Assembly (NCBI GenBank): GCA_043800255.1
Contig: JAZDNF010000013.1
Span: 150,474 to 214,473, forward strand
Length of the DNA: 64,000 nucleotides
Direction of reading: 5' to 3'
From: Candidatus Altiarchaeota archaeon
GTDB taxonomy: Archaea > Altiarchaeota > Altiarchaeia > IMC4 > SCGC-AAA252-I15
Shown here in pieces: positions 1 through 9,239 of the stretch (positions within the stretch are counted from its first letter, which is position 1; the number at the start of each line of letters is the position of its first letter). A program made the position numbers and the translations under genes. The notes beneath the pieces were generated by a model. That model ran no database searches. It was not told the origin of the DNA and saw only the letters and a program-made list of their open reading frames with translations.

Positions 1-78
1 CTTCCTCGAACCTAGAGGTATCAACACAGTCGATACCGATTTCCACATCAGTAATTCCTAATGCCCGGGAGGGGGGGG

Positions 79-714
79 TCATATTTTCTTTTGACATGAC
101 GTTAACCTCTTTTTCAAGACTTGTTCCGCAAGCCAGAAGTCGAACTCATCATCGATTTCTATGTTTTGCTCTCGGTCTAGGATGACTCTTTCTATTTTCT
201 TGCCGAACCGGTCCCCTTTGCGAATCAAATCCGCTTTTATGACGTAGACGTTACCATCATCATAAAAGAAACCTTTGATATCCTGCCTGCGGAGGTTATG
301 TGACCCGTATTCTCTGTAGTTACACATAAAACCAGTAGCGAGTGAATCGACACCAGAATCCAAGAATCTTTTGATACACGTATCAATTAGACCATTATTA
401 CGTATTGGTGACGTAGCCTGCAATAAAACGACAACATCCGCATTTATCTTTTTTAGAACATCTTGTAGAACTGAGAGAGTTGTTGCCTCATCAGTGGCTA
501 GTTTAGGCGGGCGCTGAACGACATCTGCACCATATTTTTTCGAAATCCTGGCAATCTCCTCATCTTCAGTCGAGACAACGTACTTGTCCAATAACTTCGA
601 TTCTTTTGCAGCCTCTATAGTCCATGCAATCAATGGTCTTCCGCATGAGAGTCTGATATTCTTTCTGGGAATACCCTTGCTCCCGCCGCGCGCGGGAGTA
701 ACGCCAAGTATCAT
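79..714 (-). CDS. Acylneuraminate/nonulosonate cytidylyltransferase family (CMP-sugar synthetase, NeuA/PseF-like)
   Basis: 211 aa. N-terminal GGSKGIPRKN motif typical of the CMP-NeuAc/CMP-KDO synthetase family. Sits next to an epimerase and a sugar aminotransferase. Confidence 0.75.
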   Translation of the reverse strand: MILGVTPARGGSKGIPRKNIRLSCGRPLIAWTIEAAKESKLLDKYVVSTEDEEIARISKKYGADVVQRPPKLATDEATTLSVLQDVLKKINADVVVLLQATSPIRNNGLIDTCIKRFLDSGVDSLATGFMCNYREYGSHNLRRQDIKGFFYDDGNVYVIKADLIRKGDRFGKKIERVILDREQNIEIDDEFDFWLAEQVLKKRLTSCQKKI

Positions 715-719
715 AACAA

Positions 720-1652
720 TTAGATTAAACCCTGCTTACGAGCTATCTCCCGGCCCTCTTTTTTATACCAGTCTATGTACTTCTTCAAACCCTTCTCGAA
801 AGTTATCTTTGGTTCCCAACCAATATCTTTTCTTGCCTTCTCGCTTACGACTTCCTTGCCGCTGAAATCGCCCTCCCTCGACCCCTCATATTTTATCTCA
901 ACGTTCCCAAGGATATCTTTCACAGTTTCCGCAATCTGCTTTATGGTAATCTTCTCCTTCCCGCTTAGATTGTATATCTGATTCTCTGCTATTTTTTTCA
1001 TTGCAAGAACATTACCCTCAGCCAGATCAGTAACATAGACGAATTGCCTGTACTGCATACCACCACCAAGTATGGTTATCGGTTCGCCCTTCAACGCTTT
1101 TTCAACAAAGATTTGGATGACCGTGCCCGGCCTAGCTCTCTCTCCATAGGGGATGCCATACCGCAGGATTGTATATGGAACGTGGTACAGCTCCTTATAG
1201 TTCTGGCAGTAGAACTCAGACGCGAGTTTGGTTGAAGTATAGAGATGAGTCGGCGCTAATGGGGGAGTTGTCTCATCAACAACCTCTTTTAATGTGTTGC
1301 TATAAACCCACTCAGTACTAGCGTATATTATCCTCTTAGCGCCGGATTTTCGGATAGCCTCTAGCACATTTATTGTTCCGGTAGTATTCACGCTCTCGGC
1401 TAAAACCGGGTTCTTGAAAACATCATTAACATTGGCTATGGCCGCAATATGATAGACAAAATCAACATCCTTCATAGCCTTTGTTAAAGCGTCTAAGTCA
1501 AGTAGCGACCCCTTCGTGAATTCAACCTCCTTTTTACTGTGATACATTGGCTCATACAGATCATATACCCTGACGTCTAATTTTTCTTTTAATAACTTGT
1601 CAACAATAGTTGAACCAATAAAACCAGAACCACCGGTTACAAGAACTGCCAT
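720..1652 (-). CDS. NAD-dependent nucleotide-sugar epimerase/dehydratase (SDR family)
   Basis: 310 aa. N-terminal Rossmann motif VTGGSGFIGS. Has the YxxxK-type SDR architecture. Confidence 0.8.
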   Translation of the reverse strand: MAVLVTGGSGFIGSTIVDKLLKEKLDVRVYDLYEPMYHSKKEVEFTKGSLLDLDALTKAMKDVDFVYHIAAIANVNDVFKNPVLAESVNTTGTINVLEAIRKSGAKRIIYASTEWVYSNTLKEVVDETTPPLAPTHLYTSTKLASEFYCQNYKELYHVPYTILRYGIPYGERARPGTVIQIFVEKALKGEPITILGGGMQYRQFVYVTDLAEGNVLAMKKIAENQIYNLSGKEKITIKQIAETVKDILGNVEIKYEGSREGDFSGKEVVSEKARKDIGWEPKITFEKGLKKYIDWYKKEGREIARKQGLI

Positions 1653-1653
1653 C

Positions 1654-2772
1654 TTACAATACCTCCTTCAGAGAATCAACTACATAATTTGCATCATCCT
1701 TAGTCATTGTGGCATAAACTGGCAGGCAGATATGCCTCTTGCATAAATCCTCTGCAATTGGGAAGTCACCTTCCTTGTAACCGTGCGCGTCTTTGAATAT
1801 CGGCTGTAAATGACATGGAAGTTCATAGACCTCACCACTCAGACTGACATCATACTTTTCCTTCAATTTCTTTTTCAACTCTGCCCTATCCACGCCGTCA
1901 TCAAGAACTGCAATATACTTGTAATAGTTCGACTTGGAATTTTCTGGTATTTTTAGCACATTTATTTTATCAACTTCGTTAAGACGTTTATCATAAACTT
2001 TTGCAGCATTCCTTCTGTCCTTCAGGAACCCCTCAAGCCTCGAAAACTGGGAAAGACCGATTACTGCATGAATCTCGCTCATCCTCCAGTTATAACCCAA
2101 TTCAGTGTGAATATTGCCGAGAAAACCAGCCTTACCCTGGTCCCTGAAAACCCTAGCTCGCTTATCCATCTCCTCATCGTCTGTGACAATCATGCCCCCT
2201 TCGCCGCTGGTCATCACCTTTGTAGGATAGAAAGAGAATGATGCTGCCTGCCCGAAAGTACCAGCCATTTTCCCATCTAGTGTGCTCCCATGCGCATGAG
2301 CAGCATCCTCGAATAGGAATACGTCGTTGTCTTCGCAAATCTTTTTAATCTCGCCTATTTTTGGCGTAACAAGCCCGCCAATGTGGACGATTATTACCCC
2401 TCCAGTCTTCTTTGTGATTTTTTCATTCAACTCATCAGGGTCTATGGAAAACGTTTCTGGGTCCATGTCTAGAAACTTTACCTTGCCGCCAGCATGCAAA
2501 ACAGCCGCGGGTGTTGCAACAAAGGTATTAGTTGGCACAAGGACTTCTTTATCCTTCACATCAAAAATCCGGAGGGGTATCTCAATTGAACTTGTTCCGC
2601 TATTGACAGCGGTCGCAAATTTTGTCCCAACATAGACCGCAAATTTTTCCTCGAATTCCTTGCCGTATTTGCCTAAAGTTAACCAACCAGTGCCTAAAAT
2701 CCCATTAATCTTTTCGAGGATATCCTTCTTATCCTCCTCGGGGAAGTATATTTTAGCTGCAGGAATTTTCAT
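1654..2772 (-). CDS. DegT/DnrJ/EryC1/StrS family PLP-dependent sugar aminotransferase
   Basis: 372 aa. FYPTKVMTSGEGGMIVTDD region matches the lysine-containing PLP motif of this family. Confidence 0.8.
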   Translation of the reverse strand: MKIPAAKIYFPEEDKKDILEKINGILGTGWLTLGKYGKEFEEKFAVYVGTKFATAVNSGTSSIEIPLRIFDVKDKEVLVPTNTFVATPAAVLHAGGKVKFLDMDPETFSIDPDELNEKITKKTGGVIIVHIGGLVTPKIGEIKKICEDNDVFLFEDAAHAHGSTLDGKMAGTFGQAASFSFYPTKVMTSGEGGMIVTDDEEMDKRARVFRDQGKAGFLGNIHTELGYNWRMSEIHAVIGLSQFSRLEGFLKDRRNAAKVYDKRLNEVDKINVLKIPENSKSNYYKYIAVLDDGVDRAELKKKLKEKYDVSLSGEVYELPCHLQPIFKDAHGYKEGDFPIAEDLCKRHICLPVYATMTKDDANYVVDSLKEVL

Positions 2773-2825
2773 GGTTCTTTAATATTTATCAAAATCATTA
2801 TTAAAACCAGTAGTTTCGGACAGCT

Positions 2826-2921
2826 TTGCTCCTTAACTCCAAATAGGAGCGGCATAAAGGAGCATCTGAAACCATTTGGGAGCAGATGGGGGTAAAAAGG
2901 AGCAACCGCCGACAAAAAGGA
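2826..2921. repeat. Periodic AAGGAGCA-like motif array (about 6 copies, 13-20 bp spacing) in the intergenic region
   Basis: aggagcg, aaggagcat, gggagcag, aaggagcaa, aaggagcag, taggagcaa between the stop of the 2982-5057 gene and the start of the 1654-2772 gene. Confidence 0.5.
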
Positions 2922-2981
2922 GCAGAACGCTATTTAGGAGCAAAGTCGTTTCGGACATTCTGGCATTGTGGTACACTATTT

Positions 2982-5057
2982 TTAAACCAGTGACAGGTTA
3001 TGTAAAGGAACATTATCCGCTAGGAGTTTTATGCCCTGTATACGAACCTCGGACCTTGTGGCAAGTATCGCTACGGAACATATCTCAAAATTTTTATCTA
3101 TCACAGAGTTCAACTTGAGTTCATCATTGAAATATGCGCTGATAGTGCCATTTGACACATTGACTTTAAATGACTGCCATTGGTCCAATTTTAAAGTGCG
3201 TCCACCGATGTTACTTGATAGTTTCTCATCAGACCTGAATAGATTAAACTCGTCCGACTCAGAGCCGATTACATAGCTTATAGAGTAGCTCGTGTTATCG
3301 CAACCATGTATAGAGAATCCAACATTATGCCTAGGTCTCTGGCGCACTATATAAAAATCACCTTCAAACAAAACATTCTTGGATTTTATAGGATAAATCT
3401 TAACACTTGACGTGTCATCAGGAGTATAGATCCATAAAAGATCATTATTTATTCCCCACGAATTCGTGACATTTGGTAAGTCTATACCATACCACCTATG
3501 GAATTCCATTATGTGTATCAGTGAACCATTATACAGAATATCAGCATAACTATTCTTTATTTTAGGGAACGGCAGGAAGGGAGTCTCTATTCCCTGTAGT
3601 GAATACCTAGACGTGCAGAGGATAGAATCAGATTTCACGTAGTTGCCATCCCTAAAATATTTAGTTTTATAATAAAGGTCTTTATCGTAATCTAAGTTCT
3701 TCACATCCCGCGGATAAGAGACGTCCATGCCTGTGAGAGGGTAGAACCATTCGCATATTTGATCAAGATTCAGGAGTACTGTAGAATTCACATGAGCAGC
3801 CGCAACAGTGAACTCACCAACTTCATCATGGCTGATTGTGAACGTCTCCCCATATTTGTTGAACTCATAGAACATAGTAGATGAACCATACAACAACAGA
3901 AAGATCAGTATAAATGGTTTGTACTTTGTTTTTAAGACATTCGCAGAAATCAAGGAGAACAGGACGTAGTATATCTCAAGCAACCGCCGAGGATCACCAC
4001 TTTCTGCCCGTACTATGTCAACAAAGTATAAAAAAGGTATTGAAACAACAAACCAAACCCACAATAATCTATTTTTGCTTAGGAAAACGCCAGGTACTAC
4101 GAACAACGCAGGTACGAAAACTACTACAAGTTTGACCAGGTATAGCTTGTCAAGTAATAAATGCGAGAAAAAGAAGGGACTGTAAAACCCACCCCTAGAG
4201 GAGTAGTAAATAACACCGATGGATAATGCTGTGAGAGTTATCACTGTAAAATTCAACCTCCGCTCAACTAGTAGGTATGCAATAGCGAATGATATGAGGA
4301 ACAGGAAGATCCGCGGCTGGATGATAAAAACTGAGAATAGAGACACTAACAGAAGAGATCGGTTGTTAGTTAGTGCAGAATAAATTGCAACAATTGTGAC
4401 AAGCACTGCAAATTGTGAAGTATATCCTCCCCAGAAGATGTAGAAGTAGTGGGGGATGAAGACTGCTGCTATGAGGACGGCGCCTTTAGCGTAAACCTCT
4501 AATTTCTCAGCAACAAGATAGATGAACAACAAAGTGAAAGTTAATGCAACTACAGAAGTGAACTTGATAGCGTCAATAATGCCAACCGTTCCGGCGAAAA
4601 AGGAGGTGAAAAAGTGATAACCCTTAGGATAGTCGGTCAAGTAGGAATTCAAAAGAGGAATTCGTAACGAATCGCCCTCCAGGATTATCCGGATGAAAGA
4701 AGCGTGAGTAATGATGTCACCAGCAAGAAAGGTGGCGAAAGTCGCATAATAGACCAGAAAGATAAGGCCATAGATGCTGATTCCGAGGAGAACCTGGCGA
4801 TCATCCTTAGAAAGCGAAATCTTAGACAGATTCTTCAAATTTGGAAGACCGGCTAAGGTTAGGACAATAAAGGGTAAGTAGTCGTTTTGGAATGTGAAAT
4901 AATTCAACCCAGAAATCACTATCACAGACAACACCATAAGCAGGAAAGCCCGAGGAACATCAGACAAGGAATAAACCTTTCGGGGGAGGAACAGGCTCAG
5001 AATAGCGAAGAAGGATACAGAATATAACGCAACGTGCAATAGATAAGAGGCTAACAT
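2982..5057 (-). CDS. Large polytopic membrane protein with a soluble, probably extracellular, C-terminal domain (possible GT-C-type glycosyltransferase)
   Basis: 691 aa. About 12 hydrophobic helices in the N-terminal 420 aa, then a hydrophilic domain rich in N-x-S/T sequons. Lies in a glycosylation gene context. No WWDYG motif seen. Confidence 0.45.
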   Translation of the reverse strand: MLASYLLHVALYSVSFFAILSLFLPRKVYSLSDVPRAFLLMVLSVIVISGLNYFTFQNDYLPFIVLTLAGLPNLKNLSKISLSKDDRQVLLGISIYGLIFLVYYATFATFLAGDIITHASFIRIILEGDSLRIPLLNSYLTDYPKGYHFFTSFFAGTVGIIDAIKFTSVVALTFTLLFIYLVAEKLEVYAKGAVLIAAVFIPHYFYIFWGGYTSQFAVLVTIVAIYSALTNNRSLLLVSLFSVFIIQPRIFLFLISFAIAYLLVERRLNFTVITLTALSIGVIYYSSRGGFYSPFFFSHLLLDKLYLVKLVVVFVPALFVVPGVFLSKNRLLWVWFVVSIPFLYFVDIVRAESGDPRRLLEIYYVLFSLISANVLKTKYKPFILIFLLLYGSSTMFYEFNKYGETFTISHDEVGEFTVAAAHVNSTVLLNLDQICEWFYPLTGMDVSYPRDVKNLDYDKDLYYKTKYFRDGNYVKSDSILCTSRYSLQGIETPFLPFPKIKNSYADILYNGSLIHIMEFHRWYGIDLPNVTNSWGINNDLLWIYTPDDTSSVKIYPIKSKNVLFEGDFYIVRQRPRHNVGFSIHGCDNTSYSISYVIGSESDEFNLFRSDEKLSSNIGGRTLKLDQWQSFKVNVSNGTISAYFNDELKLNSVIDKNFEICSVAILATRSEVRIQGIKLLADNVPLHNLSLV

Positions 5058-6367
5058 TTTACATTTTCACCCGCCAGCAGCCACTTCCAGACAGGAGTTA
5101 TGGTTATCTCTCTGCCGTCTATTCTTTTCTCCTCCTCCTGGCTGCTTGTTATGATGACGCCCGCTTCAAGCTTGTGGGTTTCCATCGCCTCCATCAAGCC
5201 GTTTATCTCGCGTCTTTCGTTCTCCTCATCTAGTTTGTGGGTCACCTGTATTGCTGAAACGACCCTGTTTTTCTCCTGAACGAGGAAGTCGCACTCAGCC
5301 CTGTTCTTGTGGTAGTACACTCGCTTACCTCTCCGCCTCAATTCCACATACACGAGGTTTTCCATGAGTCTACCAGTGTCTTCCGCGAATTTGAAGCTGA
5401 CAGCATTGAGCAGACCGTTGTCTATGCAATACAGCTTCTTTATCGAGCCGAGCTGTTTCGTGATCGAATAGTCATATTTGAGGTTTTGGAAGAACAAGTA
5501 CGCATCTTCAAAGTGAGAGACATATTCGATTATCGTATTCTTGCTTGTGCTGAGCCCCAAAGATTTCATCCTGTTTGCCAGTTTGCTGTATGAGAGCTCC
5601 CGGGACGTCAGCTCGAAAAGTAGGTTCGCAAGAAGCCGCAACTTCTTGATCTCCTTGATACTGTGCCTTTCGACTATGTCTTTGAATATCATAGCCTCAT
5701 AATAGCTCTGGAGGATCAGTTCTTTCGGCATCTGGCTGAAGACCACGGCAGGATAGCCTCCACCAGCCAAGAATTCATCGTACTGCTTTTTCACTTCATG
5801 CCTGTCTCTGCTTTCTGATAATGTTCTCAAATCGTAGGGGACATTTTTCCACGATAGGTATTCCCTGAAGCTCAGAGGGAATACTTCATAGTTTAGGACC
5901 CTGCCCCTGAGTTTTGTTGAAATCTCACGGCTAAGCATCTTGGAGGACGAACCGGTAAGGATTAGTTTCACGTTCTTCTGGGTGTCATATATTCTTCTAA
6001 CCCACATATCCCAGTCTTTGACATTCTGTATCTCATCAAAGAAGAGGTAGATGCTCTGCTCTTTGTCTACGTTGGAAAGTTCGTAGAATGAATCCATCAG
6101 AAACTCCATGTCTTTAGCCTCTGCGCCGAGAAGCTTCTCATCCTCGAAATTCACGTAAAGTATGTTCTCTTTGGGAACTCCGTCGCTTATGAGACGGTTC
6201 ATCATCTGGAAGCAAAGGTACGTCTTACCTGCCCTCCTTGGGCCGGTTATCGTAACGATGAAATCTACTGTAAGATTAACGCTTACCTCCCTTGGCATAA
6301 GTTTCGGCAGCTCGAATTCCTTCCATTGGACTATAATCTTCTTATGTTCCATATTCACAGTGAACAA
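5051..6367 (-). CDS. AAA+ superfamily ATPase of the archaeal COG1373 type (AAA_14 + DUF4143)
   Basis: 438 aa. Walker A GPRRAGKTYL and Walker B LFFDEIQ. Conserved C-terminal domain. Overlaps the upstream gene by 7 nt. Confidence 0.65.
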   Translation of the reverse strand: MFTVNMEHKKIIVQWKEFELPKLMPREVSVNLTVDFIVTITGPRRAGKTYLCFQMMNRLISDGVPKENILYVNFEDEKLLGAEAKDMEFLMDSFYELSNVDKEQSIYLFFDEIQNVKDWDMWVRRIYDTQKNVKLILTGSSSKMLSREISTKLRGRVLNYEVFPLSFREYLSWKNVPYDLRTLSESRDRHEVKKQYDEFLAGGGYPAVVFSQMPKELILQSYYEAMIFKDIVERHSIKEIKKLRLLANLLFELTSRELSYSKLANRMKSLGLSTSKNTIIEYVSHFEDAYLFFQNLKYDYSITKQLGSIKKLYCIDNGLLNAVSFKFAEDTGRLMENLVYVELRRRGKRVYYHKNRAECDFLVQEKNRVVSAIQVTHKLDEENERREINGLMEAMETHKLEAGVIITSSQEEEKRIDGREITITPVWKWLLAGENVKC

Positions 6368-6476
6368 ATTGTGTTTAATCTGTATAGTATAGTGAACAAT
6401 AGTATATAAGCCTGTGCTATCGAACTACAACCATAAAAACACACATTTGGCAACATGACAACCGCCCAACAACACC

Positions 6477-7199
6477 TTAATAGCCCACATCATACCTGAA
6501 ATAAATCACATTCTCCTTGCCATAGAGCATGACCGTGAACCTGTCAGCTACTGTGAGAGAGGACTCCTCAACCCGCGAAGAATTAACCAAAATTCTGCCA
6601 GCTGAACCGTAGAACGTCAGATTAACACTGCTGTAGGATACGCTATCATTGTTTAGGCTGTAGGTATCCCCGTGCCAGGAGAAAGGCTCCTGCACCAGAC
6701 TATCGACAGAAAAATTCACATGATAGACTTCGCCAAAACCGGGAAGACTAAAAGAGAGAGGATAGTAGGAGATGCTAGAGTCGAGTGAAATGTTTGCTGG
6801 CAAGCCGAAGAAGCCGCCAACCTCGGCTAAAGACGAGGAAAGAGAATAATTGATTGAAGAGTTGACACGCCAGAGGAGGCCCTCAGGCCTCACCAGGATT
6901 GTAAAAGTGGCCGCCTCGCCGGGCAAGAGAGTGACATTACTGGTGATGTTTTTGATGTCAGAACGGAGGTAATAGAGATAGTTAGTAGGACCCCGCTCGT
7001 GATTCACGATCGAATAGGAGAAATTGTAAGTCCGATTGAGTTCAAGATGGCGGGGAAGCTCACCCGGCTTGTTGAAATACAACTCGGTGAAATACTCCGG
7101 CTTGACGATATAATCCTTAGCCAAAATCATGAAAAAAGACAAGACAATGCCGAAAACACAGGCGATTATGATAGCATCCAGTAAGGAATCATCTGACAT
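6477..7199 (-). CDS. N-terminally anchored secreted protein (paralog of the 7203-8018 gene)
   Basis: 240 aa. Single N-terminal transmembrane helix and many N-x-S/T sequons. Shares a PGFGEVYHVNFSV motif with its neighbour. Confidence 0.4.
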   Translation of the reverse strand: MSDDSLLDAIIIACVFGIVLSFFMILAKDYIVKPEYFTELYFNKPGELPRHLELNRTYNFSYSIVNHERGPTNYLYYLRSDIKNITSNVTLLPGEAATFTILVRPEGLLWRVNSSINYSLSSSLAEVGGFFGLPANISLDSSISYYPLSFSLPGFGEVYHVNFSVDSLVQEPFSWHGDTYSLNNDSVSYSSVNLTFYGSAGRILVNSSRVEESSLTVADRFTVMLYGKENVIYFRYDVGY

Positions 7200-7202
7200 G
7201 GT

Positions 7203-8018
7203 CTAGACAACCTGAAACTGGAAGACAACAGTGCGCACAAACTCCCCCCCAGATTCAGGATCGAACTGTGATGGCTTCTTATGAACCTCAACCAAGAAAG
7301 TGCGCACAGGAGAGACATAGAAATCAGTACGGACCTCGGAAGAGGCTGTGAGAGTATCACCAACCCTGCTGAGACGCACACTAGTAGTGTCAACAGTCCT
7401 CGAGAACTTGGAAGAAACCTCAGACGTGTAAGACTTCTCGAAAGGCTGACTTCTGAGCTCCTCCAGAGACAAATTCATATGATAAACCTCGCCGAACTCG
7501 GTAAGATCAGAGGAAAGGGGAAGATGATAATTCTCCTCAATGAGAATTGGAAGACCGTCGCTTCTGACAAACAATTGAACCTCCTTCTTCCCAGCAAGCC
7601 AGGAATTTTTCACAATATCTAAGGATGTCGAATTCTTGGAAACAGAGGTTGAATTAAGCTTCCACTTGCCATTAGAGGGAGATAAGATAAGAGAAACCGT
7701 CTTAGACTGCTTGGGATTCAGGATAACCTCAGCAGATTGGTTGACATAATCCGAGAGAACACGGTAAACGTAGGTTGTAGGCTCAAGCTCAGCGGACGTC
7801 AAAGTGAAGACGATACTATAAGAACGGTTAGAGGAGACCTCATAGACTGGAGTGGAACCGTTAGCATACTGCAGATAGACGGAAGGATCTGGGAGATCAG
7901 ACTCAACGTTAAAGTAGAGATAAGTGTCGCCCTCCTTCTCAGGCAGGAAAACCAGCAGGAAAACTGCCCCAATTACCACAACCACCAATATAACCGCAAA
8001 ATAAACACCAGACTTCAT
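7203..8018 (-). CDS. N-terminally anchored secreted protein (paralog of the 6477-7199 gene)
   Basis: 271 aa. N-terminal transmembrane helix MKSGVYFAVILVVVVIGAVFLLVFL. TEFGEVYHMNLSL matches the motif in the neighbouring gene. Confidence 0.4.
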   Translation of the reverse strand: MKSGVYFAVILVVVVIGAVFLLVFLPEKEGDTYLYFNVESDLPDPSVYLQYANGSTPVYEVSSNRSYSIVFTLTSAELEPTTYVYRVLSDYVNQSAEVILNPKQSKTVSLILSPSNGKWKLNSTSVSKNSTSLDIVKNSWLAGKKEVQLFVRSDGLPILIEENYHLPLSSDLTEFGEVYHMNLSLEELRSQPFEKSYTSEVSSKFSRTVDTTSVRLSRVGDTLTASSEVRTDFYVSPVRTFLVEVHKKPSQFDPESGGEFVRTVVFQFQVV

Positions 8019-8272
8019 TCTAGATACTATAGATTGGAAACACCTTAATAAAATACAAAAAGGCTGCGCCCTGCCAGAAAATTGCCGCCAAAAGAAGTTT
8101 GACGGGGGATAAAGCCGTAGAACGGATTAAAGAGGTACGAGACTGAGAGCACATAGTGGATGACTGCCAAAAGTGTTCAATAACAGTGAACAATATTGTT
8201 CATCAGCAATGAACACGTTTAGACTACCAGCAAGTACGATACTTGGAAGAGGCTGGAATGACAAAGCGGGAA

Positions 8273-8290
8273 CACCCCTACGGGAGAAAC
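8273..8290. repeat. 18-bp direct repeat CACCCCTACGGGAGAAAC, copy 1 (intergenic)
   Basis: Identical 18-mer at 10159-10176, inside the 5' end of the 10000-11556 gene. The two copies flank the AbiE cassette. Confidence 0.8.
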
Positions 8291-8323
8291 GTGCCCGCAC
8301 TGACGCTGGGATATGCTTATCGT

Positions 8324-8354
8324 ATTGCGCAATAAGTTAGATTATTGCTCAATA
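8324..8354. promoter_or_regulatory. Palindromic operator-like elements (TATTGCGCAATA; GCAATAA-N6-TTATTGC) immediately upstream of abiEi
   Basis: Perfect 12-bp palindrome and an overlapping inverted repeat 30-60 bp upstream of the ATG at 8385. Confidence 0.4.
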
Positions 8355-8384
8355 GGAGGATCGAATCGCCTAAAGCCATGAATC

Positions 8385-9239
8385 ATGAGCGTCAAGAACC
8401 GCCGGTCATATATCGGTGGAATACCGCATTTAAATAGTTATAAAACATATAGAGTTATAATGATAAAAACAACACAACATGATATAGATTATAGGGGGAT
8501 ATCCAAAAACGAACGATACCTCACAGACCTCATAAAAGAGAACAATTTGACAGTATTCGGGGTCCGGGAGGTATACAGACTAAGCTCCTGGAACAAGACG
8601 AGAGTGCACAACACACTCCACACGCTAAAAGAAAAAAGGAGGATAACAAGGATAAAAAGAGACAAGTACGCGCTAAAAGACGAAATAAACCAAAAAACAT
8701 TCGAAATAGCGACGACAACAATAAGGCCATCATACATCAGCTTCTGGACGGCACTAAACCACTACGGTTACACAGACCAACAGATAAGACAAGTGCAGGT
8801 AATAACAACAAAACAACAAAAGACCATAAGATTCGACAACCACACGATAGAGGTAACAACATTTCAACCCAGAAGATTCTACGGATACAAAAGAGAGGAG
8901 GAGTACACGATAGCGGAAAAAGAGAAAGCGCTGGTGGACTCCCTGCACCTGCCGGAAAAATGCGGCGGATTCAACGAATACGCACAAAACCTTGAAAACG
9001 CCATGGAAGACATCGACCAAAAAAAACTTATAGACTACGTCATCAGATTCAAAAACAAAACCCTCACCTCCAGAGCAGGCTACATGCTCGAAACCTTAGG
9101 AATAGAGGCTGGAAAACTTCAAAAACACAAATCAGAAACCTACGTCAAACTAAACCCTGAAAACGAGGGAACAGGAGAACACAACAGGAGATGGAATATA
9201 ATAATCAACCAGAAACAGAGTAGAAAGGCGATAGGATGA
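8385..9239 (+). CDS. AbiEi-like type IV toxin-antitoxin antitoxin / transcriptional regulator (wHTH N-terminal domain)
   Basis: 284 aa. N-terminal winged-helix pattern (…VHNTLHTLKEKRRITRIKRDKYAL). Overlaps by 4 nt (ATGA) the downstream AbiEii-like nucleotidyltransferase gene. Confidence 0.55.
   Translation: MSVKNRRSYIGGIPHLNSYKTYRVIMIKTTQHDIDYRGISKNERYLTDLIKENNLTVFGVREVYRLSSWNKTRVHNTLHTLKEKRRITRIKRDKYALKDEINQKTFEIATTTIRPSYISFWTALNHYGYTDQQIRQVQVITTKQQKTIRFDNHTIEVTTFQPRRFYGYKREEEYTIAEKEKALVDSLHLPEKCGGFNEYAQNLENAMEDIDQKKLIDYVIRFKNKTLTSRAGYMLETLGIEAGKLQKHKSETYVKLNPENEGTGEHNRRWNIIINQKQSRKAIG

Noticed and set aside
1-100. Gene fragment at the left edge, including the G8 homopolymer at 68-81
   Set aside because: The reverse-strand reading from the ATG near 98 stops after 17 codons. 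Only the stop-proximal end of the cytidylyltransferase gene lies here.
2876-3118. 80-aa ORF across the AAGGAGCA repeat region
   Set aside because: It reads the repeat as a low-complexity peptide and overlaps the end of the membrane-protein gene. It is more likely a non-coding regulatory repeat.
8019-8384. Possible tRNA gene in the 366-bp intergenic region (GGATCGAATC-like T-loop at about 8358)
   Set aside because: The flanking sequence cannot form acceptor or T stems (GGAGG versus CGCCT do not pair). No cloverleaf could be built.
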